The translations under genes were made by a program, and so were the position numbers. Positions 51,800 through 64,000 of a stretch of DNA of 64,000 bases are shown here, one piece after another (the stretch's first letter is position 1; every line of letters begins with the position of its first letter). The notes under the pieces were generated by a model that saw only the letters and a program-made list of their open reading frames with translations, was not told where the DNA came from and searched no databases. The DNA comes from Lama glama (taxonomy: Eukaryota), in assembly GCA_028534125.1 (NCBI GenBank), contig CM052817.1, forward strand, positions 85,252,001 to 85,316,000, written 5' to 3'.

Positions 51800-52020
51800 T
51801 GCTCACTAGTAAAAGACAGTTTGCATTACTTCAATATCATTTAAGCATCACATAGTTTCCATTGAAGTAGATATCACTATTGTCTCATTTTTATAGATGG
51901 AAAAATTGAGTTTTAGAGAACATATGTATATTAATCAAAACCACACAGCTTGGAGCTTAGATTTGCATTTGAAGTGATCTAACTGTAGAATCCAAGGAGT
52001 TCTTAGGCCATGATACTGTT
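51800..52020 (-). mobile_element. MIR
   Basis: ATTGTCTCATTTTTATAGATGGAAAAATTGAG..AGAGA..AAACCACACAGCT. Confidence 0.65.
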
Positions 52021-54042
52021 TTACTTGCTTTCAGCTTCTCTGGCTCTATATGATTCACAGAAGTGGGTTATCAAATTTCCTTTTTTTATTATTTTTGTTG
52101 CTTTGAACTTCCATATTTTGGCAGAGATATTGATCAACACTCTCACTGAAAAAAATGACTAGATCAGTTTAGAAATTGGTAACTGAGTTTGATTTTTAAA
52201 GTAATGTCAGCCTTTGCTTTTCTTCTGGACAGAGTTTGGGGATATGACTTTTATACACAAAAGAGTCAAATTTCCCATTATTGTTGGGATAAACTCCATA
52301 TTTAATCTGGTGGGCTTTTGATTCAAATTTTCAGTGTATTTTCTAAATGTGTTGACTATCTGTAAGTACAAACTCAGAAAAATACAATGTTAAATTTTGC
52401 ATATATTGTTAACAAAATTCCAAGGGATGATAATGATTCCAGTTGACTTCAATGTGAAGGAAGTTAGGTTAAAGGAATAGACAATTCTGCCATATTGGGA
52501 AGAGCAATACTGGAAAGGGACAAAATGTAGATACCTTCAAATGTATTAATCAAATGAAATGAATGTGGCCAGAGTAACATCCATTCTACTTCCATGGCAT
52601 GCACACATTCCCAGAGCCATATGAAACACTTGTCTCCTGCCTTTGTCTTTGTCTAAATGAATGGCACCATTCAGTTGCTAAGGGCAAAAATCTGGGCACA
52701 TAAGTAGATTGACTCTCATACTCAGATGGTCAGCAAATGCTCTACTGTCTAATTCCTTAGCATCTCTCATAAATGTTCTCATGATCATCCTGTTTTTTCC
52801 CCTTAGTTCAGGGGTTAATTATTTTTATTTTGCTGAACCCTCACAAAGCTCCAGATTGGTCTCTCTGATAACAGAAGTTTTCTTTTTCAATTTCACTTGC
52901 TGGAATCTAGCCTTAGTGATCTATCTAAAATGCTAATCTGGGCAGGTAGAGTCATAGATAATGAAGATCATTGGGGGAGGGACAGAATAAGTTCTACCAA
53001 AGGAATGTTTTCTAGAATACAGGAAGAGAGTGTACCCAAATTTCAGAAATGTCAGAATTTAAGAACTAATAATTGAGTAGAGGGTTTAGAATTGCTCTCT
53101 CACTGTCATTTTAAAGAAAAATTTTTTATAATACTACTTGATCAAAACAGGGAAAAAAGTCTTCACATTGAAACATTCATAATAAGTTGTATAATAGTTA
53201 TGGAATCAATAACCTTAAGAATTATTTTGCTAAACTTACCTCTAACTGATAAGCAATATCTCTTTCCTTTGAATCTATTGCCAGTTGATTTTTGATCTTG
53301 ATGACATTGCAAACATTTTTGGATAAAGTTGTGCCTATTACTTTTAAACATCTTGCTTTTAACTCAGTCACCTCACAATTATTGTAATTTGTTATGAAAA
53401 TGTATAGTTGTGGAAGGCATGACCTAATAACATATCTTTGGGAAAATGACTTAAAATGTTTTCCTTGGACAGTATTAGTTTAGTCTAATTATTTAATGAA
53501 TTTTTTGTAAAAACATTCAGAGTTCTAAAAAATTAATAAAATGACAAATGATATAATTTTTAAAACACAGTAGTCTCTTGCTGAAGGTTCCTAACATTGT
53601 TAACTTTGAATAGACATTTTTACTCTCTAACATAAGATCATCAATGCCTGGGCAACATCTCACAATGCTTCCACATTAAATGGAATCCATAGGCTTCTTT
53701 AAAGTATCTCTTAGTACCTAAAAAGTAGTTGGTATAGTAACTGATTTAAAAATTTCCAACAGAATGATTCAGTTGTCCAGTATGTTTCTACAGAAGTGCT
53801 TTCAGGTTAGCTTGAATTTTTTGCAGGCTGCCAACTTCATTCTCCCTGTAGGCCCCCAGGCTTTCATCTCTGAAAATTTACTTTTGTGGTCAAGGCACTT
53901 TTTCCTTTGAGGTAGATGTGGCTTCCAGTGACTACAATTATGTTTCCTTTTGTACCATGGCCCAGTTCAGAGTGTAAACACCAGTCCTATCTCAGAAAAA
54001 TAATTTGAAGCATAGACTTGTGTTTTTAGGGCATCACATAAG

Positions 54043-54552
54043 TGTTACCAATCCAAACTGTTCTGCTCGCCACTTGACAGGCCAATAAGTCGGGAGACGA
54101 GCTGTTGGGCCAAGGAGTAATGGCTTTACTTGGAAATCTGGCAGACTGAGAAGATGACAGACTAATGTCCTAGAGAACCGTCTTCCCCAAGTCAGAATTC
54201 AGGCTCCTTTTATACTAAAAAGGGGAGAGGGTATGGTTGTTGCAAACTTCTCAGTGTTGGAATCCTTTGTTTTTGCAGCTGTCCACGTGGGTCAGGTCAT
54301 GGTGTCCCTGTAAACCTCCAACAAAACAAATGTTATTTTCTATTCTGCACCTCTTTATCTTTATATGAATGGAAAAGTGTTAATACCCTTAAAGGGCAGA
54401 GTGTTAAGAATAGGCTATTTTGTATATTTCAGGCTACAGGCAACAGTTTTTTCACAAAAGGTACAAAACCGGCACAACTAAGCCCAGGAAACAGAGCACA
54501 GTGTTAAAGCCAAAGGAACAGATCTAATACAGAGTCATATTGTTCTGTTACA
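54043..54552 (-). mobile_element. ERV1 solo LTR (MER34/LTR39-like), intact termini with 4-bp TSD
   Basis: TGTTAC...GTTACA termini with TSD TAAG at 54039-54042 and 54553-54556. Minus-strand TATAAAA at 54207-54213 and a U5 GGCCTGTC..GGCGAGCAGA..GGTAACA typical of MER34-group LTRs. Confidence 0.88.
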
Positions 54553-56159
54553 TAAGTACGATGCATGTAATGTCAAGCACTTCAGCCTTTTACGTGATCA
54601 GGGTTCAGCCTTTTCATAATTCTGTAGCATAGCCCTCACTGCATGCCAGTTAGAACAGGGAAAGCTTTTGTTGGTTCCACCTCTGAGCTCTATTCTTTCT
54701 TCTTGGCTGTTTCCTCCTAAAACCCAGTATGATTTAATTTTTTTAACTTTGGAGAAATGGTTAATAAATCTAATCCCCCTTCCCCCTTCTCTGTCCCTGT
54801 CTATTACTTAACATTTCTTTGCATGCTGTCCTAATTTATAGATGCTGTGACTCTTTGGCCCTCACTGGCTTCTAGAGCCCTCTACTGTCACGCAGATATG
54901 TGCAGCAGGACCAGTGTGCTGGACAAAGGACATCTCCCCCTCACCCCCCCGCAAACCCCGGAGCACTTTCAACCAATAGCTGGTGGTAGTGGAAGATACT
55001 CTCAAATATTACAAATGTTTTCTCTATTTGGTATAGTTTTTTTTATCTTAACTTTGCTCTGAAAATCTCTGCTTCTGTTCTGTCTGTTGAACAGATTTCT
55101 CAATTTTACAAGACTTCTCTTTTTCCCCTGTAAATTTATCCTGTAAAAATATGCAGAGGATTCTACCTAGTCCTAGCGATGACTTCATCTCTAATTCTAC
55201 ATTCTGATTCAGTTCTAGTGCCCTTCATGTTCTAACTGGTTAACTGGCTTAGTGAGGGTGTCCTCATTATGGATTTTCAAGATAATTTAATGTAATCAAC
55301 TCAACCTATGAAGTAATTCATTGGGGGTGCAGATCCATTCAGATCCAGTCATCTAGGGCCAGAGATTTGTGGCCCAGTAACATAATCATGGCAGATAGAT
55401 CCTCTTTCTTTCAGTGAGGTTGAGGAAGTAATATTCTTAGAAGCTGTTTGGACCAAGAAGCAATAATTAGAATGTCTAATCTAAAACCCATAAAGACAGG
55501 CTTTTCCATGAGTTAAACATACTAGGGAATACTTAGGCTTTCCCCAACCCGGGTCTGGATGCCACATAAAAGGCTGAATCATCAGGTTTAAGCAGCTATG
55601 TATATATGGTATGAATTTTGGTCCAAGATGTATGAGAAATAACATCTTCATTATTTTCTAAGCACCCTTTTAGCAAACACAGGGACACCCATAGACTATT
55701 GAAATCATAAAAAAAGTTTAACCTCATTTATTTCTAGTAACCCCCTAACAATTCTAGATTCACATAAATATTCCACTAGGGAGATATTATTTTCTTTGCA
55801 TGGACTTTACTTAGCTCAAGTCTTTCTATTGTTTCCATGCCATCCTTGGGTCATAGGGACCTTTTTCTAAGCCAGAAAATGCAAATGGCTGAAATCTCAT
55901 CTCCTTAGAAGTGCAAAAATCCATTTCTTTTTAGAATTTCCTTCCTATATCGCATACAGCTGGGATTAAAAGCTGCATCCAGGTTACTACAGAACACACA
56001 GAGCTGTTTGCCTCCCCCAGCTCAAGGATTTTCTTCTCATGCATGCAGGGAATTCATTCATGTCTTCTCTGTGCATTCCTGTGAACTACCTCTTAAGGCA
56101 GTAGGCTTAGGCTTTTGTAAAACCCAAAGCAAGAAGTCTTGGAGTCTTTCCATCTGCCT

Positions 56160-56380
56160 AATAGAGAGCGATGAGTGAGTTACTCACTTTGGGCACAAAA
56201 TTTAAGGGGATACCGAAAATCTCAGTAATCAGGATTAATAATATTTAATGTAAGTTAAAAAATCAAAATTAATGGCAAAAATGCATGATGAACAAAATAT
56301 CAAAATTTTAAATAAAGACAGGGTCAGTATTTCTGATTTTTTCTTGTGCCACAGGTTCCAATATGGCTTAGAATAGTGCA
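56160..56380. mobile_element. hAT-Tip100 MITE (Arthur1/MER69-like)
   Basis: GGGCACAAAATTTAAGGGG..CTCAGTAATCA..CATGATGAACAAAATATCAAAATTTTAAATAAAGACAGG..CCAATATGGCT. Confidence 0.75.
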
Positions 56381-56779
56381 GGTGGCCACATACTGTCCCT
56401 AAGCATGGAACATGCTATTTATTTACACAGAGGAGAGAGGAAGGAAGACACTACATATGTTAACTCTCAAAATATTATCCAGCAAAATATGGAGGAGATG
56501 CGCTTTGGAGAATAATCTGTTATGGACAGCAGCCCAAACTCGCATATTTAGAACATAATTCTCTTAAAATTCCTTGTTAGGCTGAATCACGTGCTAAAAT
56601 ATCTGATACTACTGTAGGCTAGTGAGAAGCTTGACATCTCACATTCTTTGGAAGAGACTATTGCTAAATGTCTTTGTTTATGATGCCACAGGTGGACTGA
56701 ACACAGTGGCTTAGAGATAGACTCACTATACTGTTGGTGCCTGGAAAGAAGTCCAGTTTGCAATCCTGTGGTAGAAGGT

Positions 56780-56861
56780 GGAGGGTAGTAAACTGAGTTG
56801 CTTATGTTGGGCACAAAATTTAAGGAGATACCTAAAATTTCAGTAATCAAGATTAATAATA
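56780..56861. mobile_element. second, truncated copy of the same hAT MITE
   Basis: 56808-56861 matches 56190-56243 at 50 of 54 positions. Confidence 0.75.
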
Positions 56862-57264
56862 CTCTTAGCTCATGCTATAACTTATCTCAGGGGCTGCAAG
56901 GATTAAGAAAATCTGGAATGTCCAAAAGATACATGAGGTGAATCTCCCCTTACCGCTCAGCAAATGGCTTCTTACAAAAAATTCCAGAGAACAGAATGGA
57001 TTCCCTCCTTCTCAAGCCTCAACAAAGTTGTTCCAGCTTTCCAAACTATTTGTTGTTTCTTCCTAGATAAGTCATCAAACTAATAAACATTCAAAAAACC
57101 TCCTCCCTATCTTCCACCCCATGAGAATGACTGGGTTTTCAATTTCTAAAAACAATTCAGTGCTGTTTACTTACTTTGCATATTTTTTTCTAGAATAAGT
57201 TTTCATTTTCTTATCATTGAAGAACTGAAGGTAGCTAAAATAATCTAGCACCTTGCTCTTCAAA

Positions 57265-57410
57265 GTGTAGTTTTAAGACTAGAGCAATCAGTATCATCTA
57301 TTAGAAATGCAAAATTGTAGACCCCTTCCCACTCTTAGTGAATCATAATTTGCATTTAACAAGAGACCCAGGTAATTTGTATGCTCTTCAAAGTCTGAGA
57401 AATGCTGATA
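57265..57410. mobile_element. MER5-like MITE
   Basis: TTAGAAATGCAAAATT..GAATCA..TTGCATTTAACAAGAGACCCAGGTAATTTGTATGC..AAAGTCTGAGAAATGCTG. Confidence 0.75.
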
Positions 57411-57813
57411 CAACGCAGACTGGTTTTTTCCCCCTCCAGATTATATTTATCTTGTTCTACATTCTCTGGTGTGTGCTTTGATGCCCAATTGTTGCTTTCA
57501 GTTTCTTATTATTTACTGCACGTCTTTTCCTTGATTTTTTTCTAAGTAGAATATTTTAAAACATAGATTTTCAGCGTTTAAATCCTACAGAATACTGTCT
57601 CCCCACTCCATTATACTCTGCAAAATGCTTTTTAGATAATAGGACTGAATCTGAGCCATTTGTGTAACTGGTTACCCTGGAATTTGCCGACTCATCATGG
57701 GATCATGAGTTTCTCTGTGGATGCTGTGACGGAGGATGTTTTTCCCTTACCCCTGGGGAAAGTTACTTTGTACACTGAGCACAACCTGATAAGAATCCTG
57801 CACTGGGTGAAAG

Positions 57814-58001
57814 CAGTGATGTACTGAAACGAGATCATATTGGCTCAAGAGGGTCAAGTGTATGCATCTTTTTTCCCAATGCCACATTCATTGACGTCAC
57901 TATGGCAGCTTGAAATTTCTCTTGGTAGAGGTATTCACAATTCATACCACAGAAACTGGCAAATGCTACAAATCAGGGCTTTTTGTGGGCATATATTGCT
58001 G
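57814..58001. mobile_element. MER63-like hAT-Blackjack MITE
   Basis: CAGTGATGT..TGACGTCAC..GCAGCTTGAAAT..GGCAAATGCTACAAATCAGGGCT. Confidence 0.75.
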
Positions 58002-58429
58002 TAGTGCAAACATTCCAAGTTGTCTTAAGAAGTAATAATCAAAAAATCCCCCTGAAACATTAGTTTAGGCTAATCATTGGTTTATTTTCTTCATAATATT
58101 GCCTGGAGTTAATCTAAAAAGATAAGGGACAATTACAAAATTATAATCTCAGACCATAGTACGTGGTAGACAGATAGATGGTTAAAAAAAAAAGGCTTGG
58201 GCATGGTAAGTAGATTGCCCCCCAAGTATAATTAGTAAACAGTGAAATAAGTAATGGCATAGTTACCTTTATTTCTCTAAAGCCCTTGCTGTTTTTGACT
58301 AGAAGTCAGGATGACTTGAGGCAGACCCACAGGGACTTTGATGTTTGTGGACAGATTGCCGACCTGTTATGCCATGGAAAAATATTTGCCAGAACAAGTT
58401 CCTCAACAATAAAAATAAAATAAGAGGTA

Positions 58430-58640
58430 ACAAAGAGTAATTACTATGAGCCAGGTATTATTTTAAATATGTCATAGGTTTTAATTCATTTAATCACTTA
58501 ATTTATTTAATCTTCATGAAAACCCAAAAAGATGAATACCTGCATTTTGCAAATGAGGTTAAGAAAACCTGACCAAGACCTAACAAAGAGTACATGATTG
58601 ACTTGGGATTTGAACCCAGGTCATCTCACCTTACTGCCTT
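58430..58640 (-). mobile_element. MIR
   Basis: TTACTATGAGCCAGG..CATTTAATC..CATTTTGCAAATGAGGTTAAG..GGGATTTGAACCCAGG. Confidence 0.7.
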
Positions 58641-59968
58641 CAGAAACAGATCCTTGGTTGGAGAGGTCACTGGGCCTTTCTCCATGTTGTTACAATCAGG
58701 TTAGCTACACATTTTGGTACAGGAGGTTTCAGACATGGCATCTCTTCATGAAGAGAAGTTTTGACATATAAATGTACATGTTCTCATAGATATGTTATTG
58801 TCTGCCAGACTTAATCTTTTTTTCCTACTTCAAAAACCAAGAGTTCTCCCAGTGCATAACTTGAATATTCCTTTGTTCAGTTTAATGAAATAGAAAAAGT
58901 CTTCTTACATTTTCTGATTTTGAAATTAAAAACTTGCCCATTATTCATATTACTACTAATGATTTTAAAATCTAAGTTTTAATTGTGTATAATAAATCCA
59001 ATCCACTTTTTTTTTAGTCAGGCCTTCATTCACTAAAACATTTGTCTTGAGAAGTATAGAGGCACTTCAGTATCAGGCCATATGTAGTCAGAAGTATATT
59101 CTGATAAAAGAATGCAATATACATAAATTATTCTGCAAGAAAACATTCCATTAACTATGGACAGCTGACCTTCATTGCATACAAAGTGATTTATAATGTA
59201 GGCTGTTTTTGCAAAAGAAATCGTAGGAGAGGCAACAGTTGTCTAGATCTTGGCAGTGGTTTGGAGTCATTTTGTAATTGAGCATTAAATTTATGAAGTC
59301 AATAACATCAACAATGTAGTCTCATTTTATCTTAATTGGATGCAATTAGACCTAGGTGTGCTTTTCATAAAATTAAAGATCTGAAGCATGGCAATATCAA
59401 AGATGCCAGTGTTCTTTTGCTTTGCTAGATGAAACAAATTGAGCTTTTATATGCTGTTGGGATTTCTACATATTTATGGAGGTAAATGCTAGGAAGTAGT
59501 TCATATTCTCCTTGATTTTTCCTTCTCAGGATTTATATATATCTATAAATATCCTGAGAATTCAGTTTTCATTCATTCATTTGACAAATATAATTTGAAG
59601 CTCACTAAGTGCCAAACACCAGTCTGCTCTCTAGTGATACCCTGGTGAGCACTCATGGACTCTTGACATTTGGGGAAGAGTGAAAATTAAAATGTAGATT
59701 AATGTATTTAATATGATGGAATAGAATATAGAATATATTCTATATAGTTTCTGTGTATGTGTATACATATATATACACATTCACTATATTCACATTAAAA
59801 TGCACACATTAAATATATAATATTTTTATATATACACACACACATTCTGTATATTTTGTCTATAGTCCCTGCTTTGAAACTGTATAGTGAAGGAGTTTAG
59901 GAGTAAAGAGGAAATTCAGCTGGAAAATGCTGGGAGTGAACAGTCAATTTCCTAACCCCCAATGCTGA

Positions 59969-60168
59969 TACTAACAGATACATAAATATATATGATAAAC
60001 AACAAGTTTTTGCTGTATAGTGCAGGGAACTGTATTTGATATCGTGTAGTAACTTATGGTGAAAAAGAATATGAAAATGAATATATGTATGTTTATGTAT
60101 GACTGAAGCATTGTGTTGTACACCAGAAATTGACACAATGTTGTAAACTGACTATACTTCAGTAAAAA
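59969..60168 (+). mobile_element. 5'-truncated L1 3' end, camelid/artiodactyl type
   Basis: GATAAACAACAAG..TGTATAGTGCAGGGAACT..GAAAAAGAATATGAAAATGAATATATG..GACTGAAGCATTGTGTTGTACACCAGAAATTGACAC..GTAAACTGACTATACTTCAGTAAAAAA. Confidence 0.88.
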
Positions 60169-60409
60169 ACTACATACAGTGAACATATTCTAGAGTAAGA
60201 TGAACAAAGGACTGCTGGGTGAAAGGCAAGCAAGCAGAGAGCACTTGGGAGTTACGAGTGCCACAGAGGGAAAAAATAATCAGAGAGAGAGCTTGTAAGT
60301 GATATGATATAATTTTCACAATAACTGTCAGACAATAGGATTCCCATGTGTAAGTAACTTTTCTAGGATAACAGAATCTGGGATTTGACTAAGTCTGTGT
60401 AAAGTCGAG

Positions 60410-60640
60410 TATACTTTTTAAAGGGGTGACTTTAGATTTAAACTAAATTCTTATTCTACCACTTACTTGGAATAAAAATTTGATCAAGTTTCTTAATCTC
60501 TTTCTACCAGAGTTTCATTATCTGTAAAATAGGGCAATAATAGCACTTACTGCAGGACGCTATTGTGAGAATCAAATTGGTAGTTTATTTTATTTGCTGA
60601 GAAGAATGCCTGGAATCATAAGTACTCAATTAAGTTTAGC
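60410..60640 (+). mobile_element. MIR
   Basis: CTACCACTTAC..CAAGTTTCTTAATCTCT..AGTTTCATTATCTGTAAAATAGGG..TATTGTGAGAATCAAAT..GCCTGG..TAAGTACTCAAT. Confidence 0.8.
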
Positions 60641-62519
60641 TGATGTTCTTTCCACTAATTATAATCTTGGCCCTACCAATGTCTCTTAGTAGCATGAGGA
60701 AAGGAATTCATGGCATAGCAGAAAAAAATCATGCTCAGCCACTACAGAAGGGCTATTACAGCTGGCTTTGCCTAGATTTTCTCAGGTACATGTTCAGGGA
60801 GAGGAGTTGCTGGTATAGTCTTCTCAAAGTCTAATGGAACAGTTACTAGTAGGCGATGTGGATTAAAAGAGGAACGCTTGTGGGGTTTTCCTTGTATTTC
60901 CTCCTTCCAGGTGGTAGGAAGACCAACACAAGGGCTAAATCTTTAGGGTAGAATAGCTATCTTAATCTTTTCTCTCTTTCTACATCCCTTTTGCATACAG
61001 CTTGTTGCATAGCCAGGGAGATAAGGTCACTCTGTCTGCAGTGCACTCCCTACTTTCATCTTAAGTTCTGTTTTGTTTGCTTTTCTCCTATAGGCACCTA
61101 GACAGTCTGTTGAAATCATGTGATGTAGATTTGGGTTCAAGAGGAGGTGAATGCCGTGTAGCTAGCTTGGGGTCATATATTTCAACCCAGCATTGATATT
61201 GGTTGTGGGAATTTGACTCCTATCCTAACATTCTTCCCTGTGTGTTGAGGACACTCAAACTCTATAGAGATGATGAGATGCAGGCAAGGTCTTATCTACT
61301 ATCCATAGGCTCTCAATCACATCTCGGTGTGACATGTGTTTCCCCATTGTAGCTGATGTTGTTGAATTTCATTTTTTTCCCTCTTTCAGAGTGCCTCAAC
61401 TAAATCAGCAAATTACTGTTAAAGGGAGAAGTTTTCTAAGAACATTTATGTGTGTGTTGAAGTTTTAATTGAACAGACTTCCATTCAGATAATATACTAT
61501 TTTTAAATAAAGAAATTACAGCTTATTATTTATTAAAAAGTGTCAAATATATTCTTATTTGTATCTATATAGTAAGACAAAATGTGTTAATTTCTAACTT
61601 TAGTGGAAAAGTAATAAAATTTTAAATCTCAACATATTTATTTAATAAAAGTATGCATGTTTCATTGTGTTTTAATAACAATAAATTAATTATGTAGTAA
61701 TCAATTATATAGTTATAACTCATTTATTTTTTATTCTAACATTGTAATTTAATTACCATGCAATATGCGTCAGTTTAAAAAAATATAACTATAGGCTTTT
61801 TTTTTTTTAAATAGTAGATTTAGGGAAGTTAGGTTTGACTCAAGTTTTTCTTGACTTTCTTTTGTCTCCTTAAAGTTTAAAATACAAAGAACCTTTTATG
61901 CATCATCGTCAGAAGCAGAACTATTATTATCATCATTGGCAATTATATTTAAAACAATCTTCAGATCCCACTCTTTTCAATTTGTAACACAAATTCTACA
62001 CGTACCCTCCAAATCACCACCCTTGAGAGAATCTTCTATAGCTCTGTCTGCCTCAGAAATGTGCAGCTCCTTCCTCAGAACCACTTACGCTAACCAAACT
62101 GTTAGCACCTGCTGAACCTCCTCTACATCAGTCATCAATCATCAGCAATCAGGCAGCTACTTGATAATTAGTTGAGAAGGGGAAAAACACTTCAAAGAAC
62201 TAAAAATATTTTCCACAGTGACTTTGTGCATAAAATAATTATTTTCCCTCTGTTAATCCTCTTACATGTCTTTGTGCAATAGGAAAACTTAAAAATGCAG
62301 TGCACGTGTATCAGTGTAATTCAATGTATGGTATGCTTGTTTATCCAAGGTTACTAGGAAAGCAATGCATGACAGATGTGGACTGTAATGTATTATATAC
62401 ATAATTTAATTTTTTCATTTTATAGATATTGCCTTTATCACCTTTCTTGATAAACGAAGAGTTTAGAAAACAAGTAAGAGCCACATAGTTTGAAAGTAGC
62501 GAACAGCACTGCACTAACA

Positions 62520-62700
62520 TAGTCATGTGTATTAACCCATTGAATCCTCACAAATATCCCATGTGAAATGTACTGTTTTTATCTCCACTTTGCAGAGGAA
62601 CTCTGAGACAGAGAGAAAATGACATGCCCAAGATCATACAACTGATAGGTGTCATGTTGGGAAACAGTTTGGCTCCAGATTCCATATCCTGACCACAGGG
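62520..62700 (-). mobile_element. MIR
   Basis: ATTGAATCCTCACAAA..ATCTCCACTTTGCAGAGGAA..TGAGACAGAGAG..ATGCCCAAGATCATACA. Confidence 0.75.
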
Positions 62701-64000
62701 AACAGGTAAGATCCAAAAATACTTTTAATAATAGACACACAGAGGCAAATCAACAGAAACACAATGTGCCTATTGTTTTGATGAGTATCCACCTAATTAT
62801 TAGCCTTATATATATTTTCACTAAGCAACATACATGGGGCTGACGTCTAACAATAAAATAATAATAAAAATAAAGATGATAATACTGAAGTCGTAGTAGG
62901 TAATAATTACTGTGTTACTCTGTGCAAGACTATACAGTTTATACAGTTCTTTATATGTTTCATCTCCCATGATAGATTACAGACCCAACTCAGATTCTGT
63001 GGCTGTATTCTCAACCACTGCTCATTAGTTACAGAAGTGGAAAAACTCATTGCCTTTAAGTCATCAATTTTCAAAACTTGCCAAAAGCTAGGTAAAACAT
63101 TTCCAGTATGAGTAGTTAAAATAACATTTCACGATCTTCCATTTTTCTCCTGGGATCTGTATGTTTCTAATTTGAGAATTTGCCCCCTCCCCCAAAAGTA
63201 TCTTTACAGAGTACCATAATGTAGAGATCCTTTGATATAAGAATCTTTATGCTTGATTTTTGTCCACACTTCACTGGCAATTTTAATTGCTACCTGTATT
63301 TATGCACATACAGATATACCAACTCTGCTTTGACAACTGCAGAATTCATTGCATCTGTTGTATGAGACTATATAAGTTTGTGTGAGGTGTGAATTAGAAA
63401 AGATATAATGAAAATATACACTTCACTTCATTAGTTTCCATGACATTAGAAAAGTCCAGCATGTATTTTAAATATCTACCCTAAGGTTTTAATAAACTTA
63501 ACTTGCCCAGCAGCTGTGCAGGCATGTCTAATGTGGCTATTTGTTCCTGCAGCACAATATCTTTCACGTAGAGATGCAAATAAAAAGAGAGAAGAAGCTT
63601 GGAAAATGTATAGGTACATTTCACAGGCATATTTCACAAATTATTTTTTACTTTCCTGCAGTTATAGCTTAATTGGGTAATCATTCCATTCTTTGTAAGT
63701 GCACACATTTTTTTTATTGTATTCTTTTGTGACCAGTAATTATTCTTTTATTTATAAATAAACACTAATATGCTAAGACAATAAAATAAAATATTGGAGT
63801 GGGAGAAAAAAGTGATGAGGAATAAAGGATGCTGTACCATATTGATACTTTCCATTTTTTGAATCACCATTTATTTTTAGAAGAGACTGAAAATAAGAGC
63901 TCTTTAAATATTTAGGCTTGTAAGTCTTTATGAGTAGAAACTATTTCAAAAGTAGAATTTAAAAGGGGAGATATTGATTTTTTTGTTTTGTTTTCTGAGA

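Noticed and set aside
57892..57899. Perfect CRE TGACGTCA
   Set aside because: It appears to be inherited from the MER63-like element; there is no independent evidence of function.
189..62843. Remaining 60-118 aa ORFs
   Set aside because: No recognisable domains. Many use non-ATG starts or lie in TEs or microsatellites, and their lengths fit chance expectation.

Overview
AT-rich, CpG-poor mammalian intronic or intergenic DNA. It is most likely camelid, judged from a tRNA-Ala-derived Vic-1-type SINE at 471-643, a camelid/artiodactyl-type L1 3' end near 60 kb, and no recognisable BovB, Bov-tA, PRE1 or Alu. I found no protein-coding gene or functional RNA gene I can support, and the supplied ORFs look like chance ORFs in repeats, low-complexity DNA or N gaps. 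Much of the window is fossil transposable elements: L1, HAL1, L2, MIR, CR1/L3, MaLR/ERVL/ERV1 LTRs and hAT MITEs. It also holds microsatellites and two assembly gaps (100 N and 500 N). The most notable feature is a decayed minus-strand Ty3/Gypsy element (about 5.25-8.37 kb). Its frameshifted gag reads as a PNMA/MOAP1-like capsid, and a degenerate tRNA-Arg primer-binding site lies upstream. Weaker leads are a fragmented CR1 ORF2 relic, an X-box/CpG patch at 45.9 kb, several orphan splice-site clusters and a duplicated hAT fragment. Repeat family names come from recalled consensus sequences, not a database search, and most boundaries are approximate. I do not see evidence for a new intact biological system.
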